NCBI GenBank assembly: GCA_038087875.1
Contig: CM075986.1
Location: 17,670,001 to 17,734,000, forward strand
Reading direction: 5' to 3'
DNA from: Malacoraja senta
Taxonomy: Eukaryota
Length of the DNA stretch: 64,000 nucleotides
A program made the position numbers and the translations under genes. A model generated the notes under the pieces. It worked only from the letters and a program-made list of their open reading frames with translations, ran no database searches and was not told where the DNA came from. Shown here piece after piece: positions 63,027-64,000 of this stretch (position 1 is the first letter of the stretch; each line of letters starts with the position of its first letter).

Positions 63027-63869
63027 GTAAGCATTTCCTGATTGGGTCTTGGGTGCAATCTTACTTTAGACCTTAATGTTTTATTTTCCCCAAAAGGAAC
63101 AATGATTCAAAAAATTAGAAATGATTATTGTCATTGATGCATAGACTTGCTTTTATTTCATTGCATTGAAACAAACTTCAATTTATGACTCGGGGCATCT
63201 TTACCCAGTTAATCAGTCTTGAGCGGTGAAGGGGACGACTGCGATTGAATTCCCTACTAGCATTGTTTGTGAGAGACAAAATGGCATTCACAATACATTC
63301 ATTTTTAATGTGTGCTTTGCTTTCCATTGTCACAAATTGAACTATGGAATGAATTGATGACAATTAGCTTAAACTTGCATAGACATTTTCCCTGTTTCCT
63401 CTGATATATTTTTGGTTCTCTCTCGAATATACTATCTTTGTTCAGAAGTTAGATATTGGCAATGCATAAAGGGAATGGAATTGGTTATGCTTGTCTTCAT
63501 AACAAATGGGTCACAGTGATGGGAGGTTTGTGTTTTGCATTATGTGAAACAAAACATTTTGCTTTATACATGCCATTAGCCCTTGTTTCCATTTAAGCTC
63601 TGAGTTGTGATTCTTGTTAATATAATGGTGATGTACCCTTTTTTAAAATCAAGTAATATTTGTTCTCCAGAGTTGCTACCTGAATCGCTGAGTCACTCCA
63701 GGATTTTGTGTCTATCTTTGGTATAAATCAGCATTTGCAGTTCCTTATTGACTTGTTAACCAATTTTAAAATCAATTTAAAAGGTGCATTGCTCCTGGGC
63801 AATTGTATCTTCAATGTATAATAGCTACATTTGCAATAACAATGACATTTTGTGACTTTTATTTTTCAG

Positions 63870-63998
63870 GCAACCTTTGAAAAACTGGAAAATGAACTGA
63901 AGGAAATTAATACTAACCATGAAGCATTGAAACGTAACTTTCTAGAGTTGACTGAATTGAAATACATTCTTCGTAGAACTCAGCAGTTCTTTGATGAG
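63870..63998 (+). CDS. ATP6V0A1: ATP6V0A1 fourth coding exon ([43 protein letters not shown]); gene continues beyond window
   Basis: TTTTTCAG acceptor, 129 nt open, GT at 63999-64000. Confidence 0.96.
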
Positions 63999-64000
63999 GT

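Overview
Eukaryotic vertebrate genomic DNA, most likely a cartilaginous fish (skate/ray/shark; inferred from HE1-type V-SINEs and HER1/CR1-type LINEs). Two divergently transcribed genes are present. (1) CAVIN1/PTRF coding exon 1 on the minus strand (38425-38889); its intron 1 occupies everything from 38424 to the window start and exon 2 is not seen. (2) ATP6V0A1 on the plus strand, with a probable non-coding first exon in a CpG-rich patch near 54.9 kb and four coding exons (60796-60912, 62489-62567, 62929-63026, 63870-63998) running off the window end. This matches the CAVIN1-ATP6V0A1 head-to-head neighbourhood known from human. The rest is dense with transposons: CR1, Rex1/Babar and L1 LINE fragments, tRNA-derived V-SINEs, three PIF/Harbinger-type MITEs (one nested) and a Penelope-like (PLE) family. 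The most interesting signal is the PLE family. By eye there are roughly 25-30 short non-coding copies carrying a minimal hammerhead-ribozyme core (CTGAAGA-A-helix II-GAAA-CG-TH) plus a structured 3' tail. Many are ~170-240 bp fold-back units flanked by 11-16 bp target-site duplications, and decayed PLE RT and Zn-finger coding fragments lie in the same window. There are three assembly gaps, one directly upstream of the putative ATP6V0A1 first exon. Boundaries of old repeats are approximate and no database search was run.
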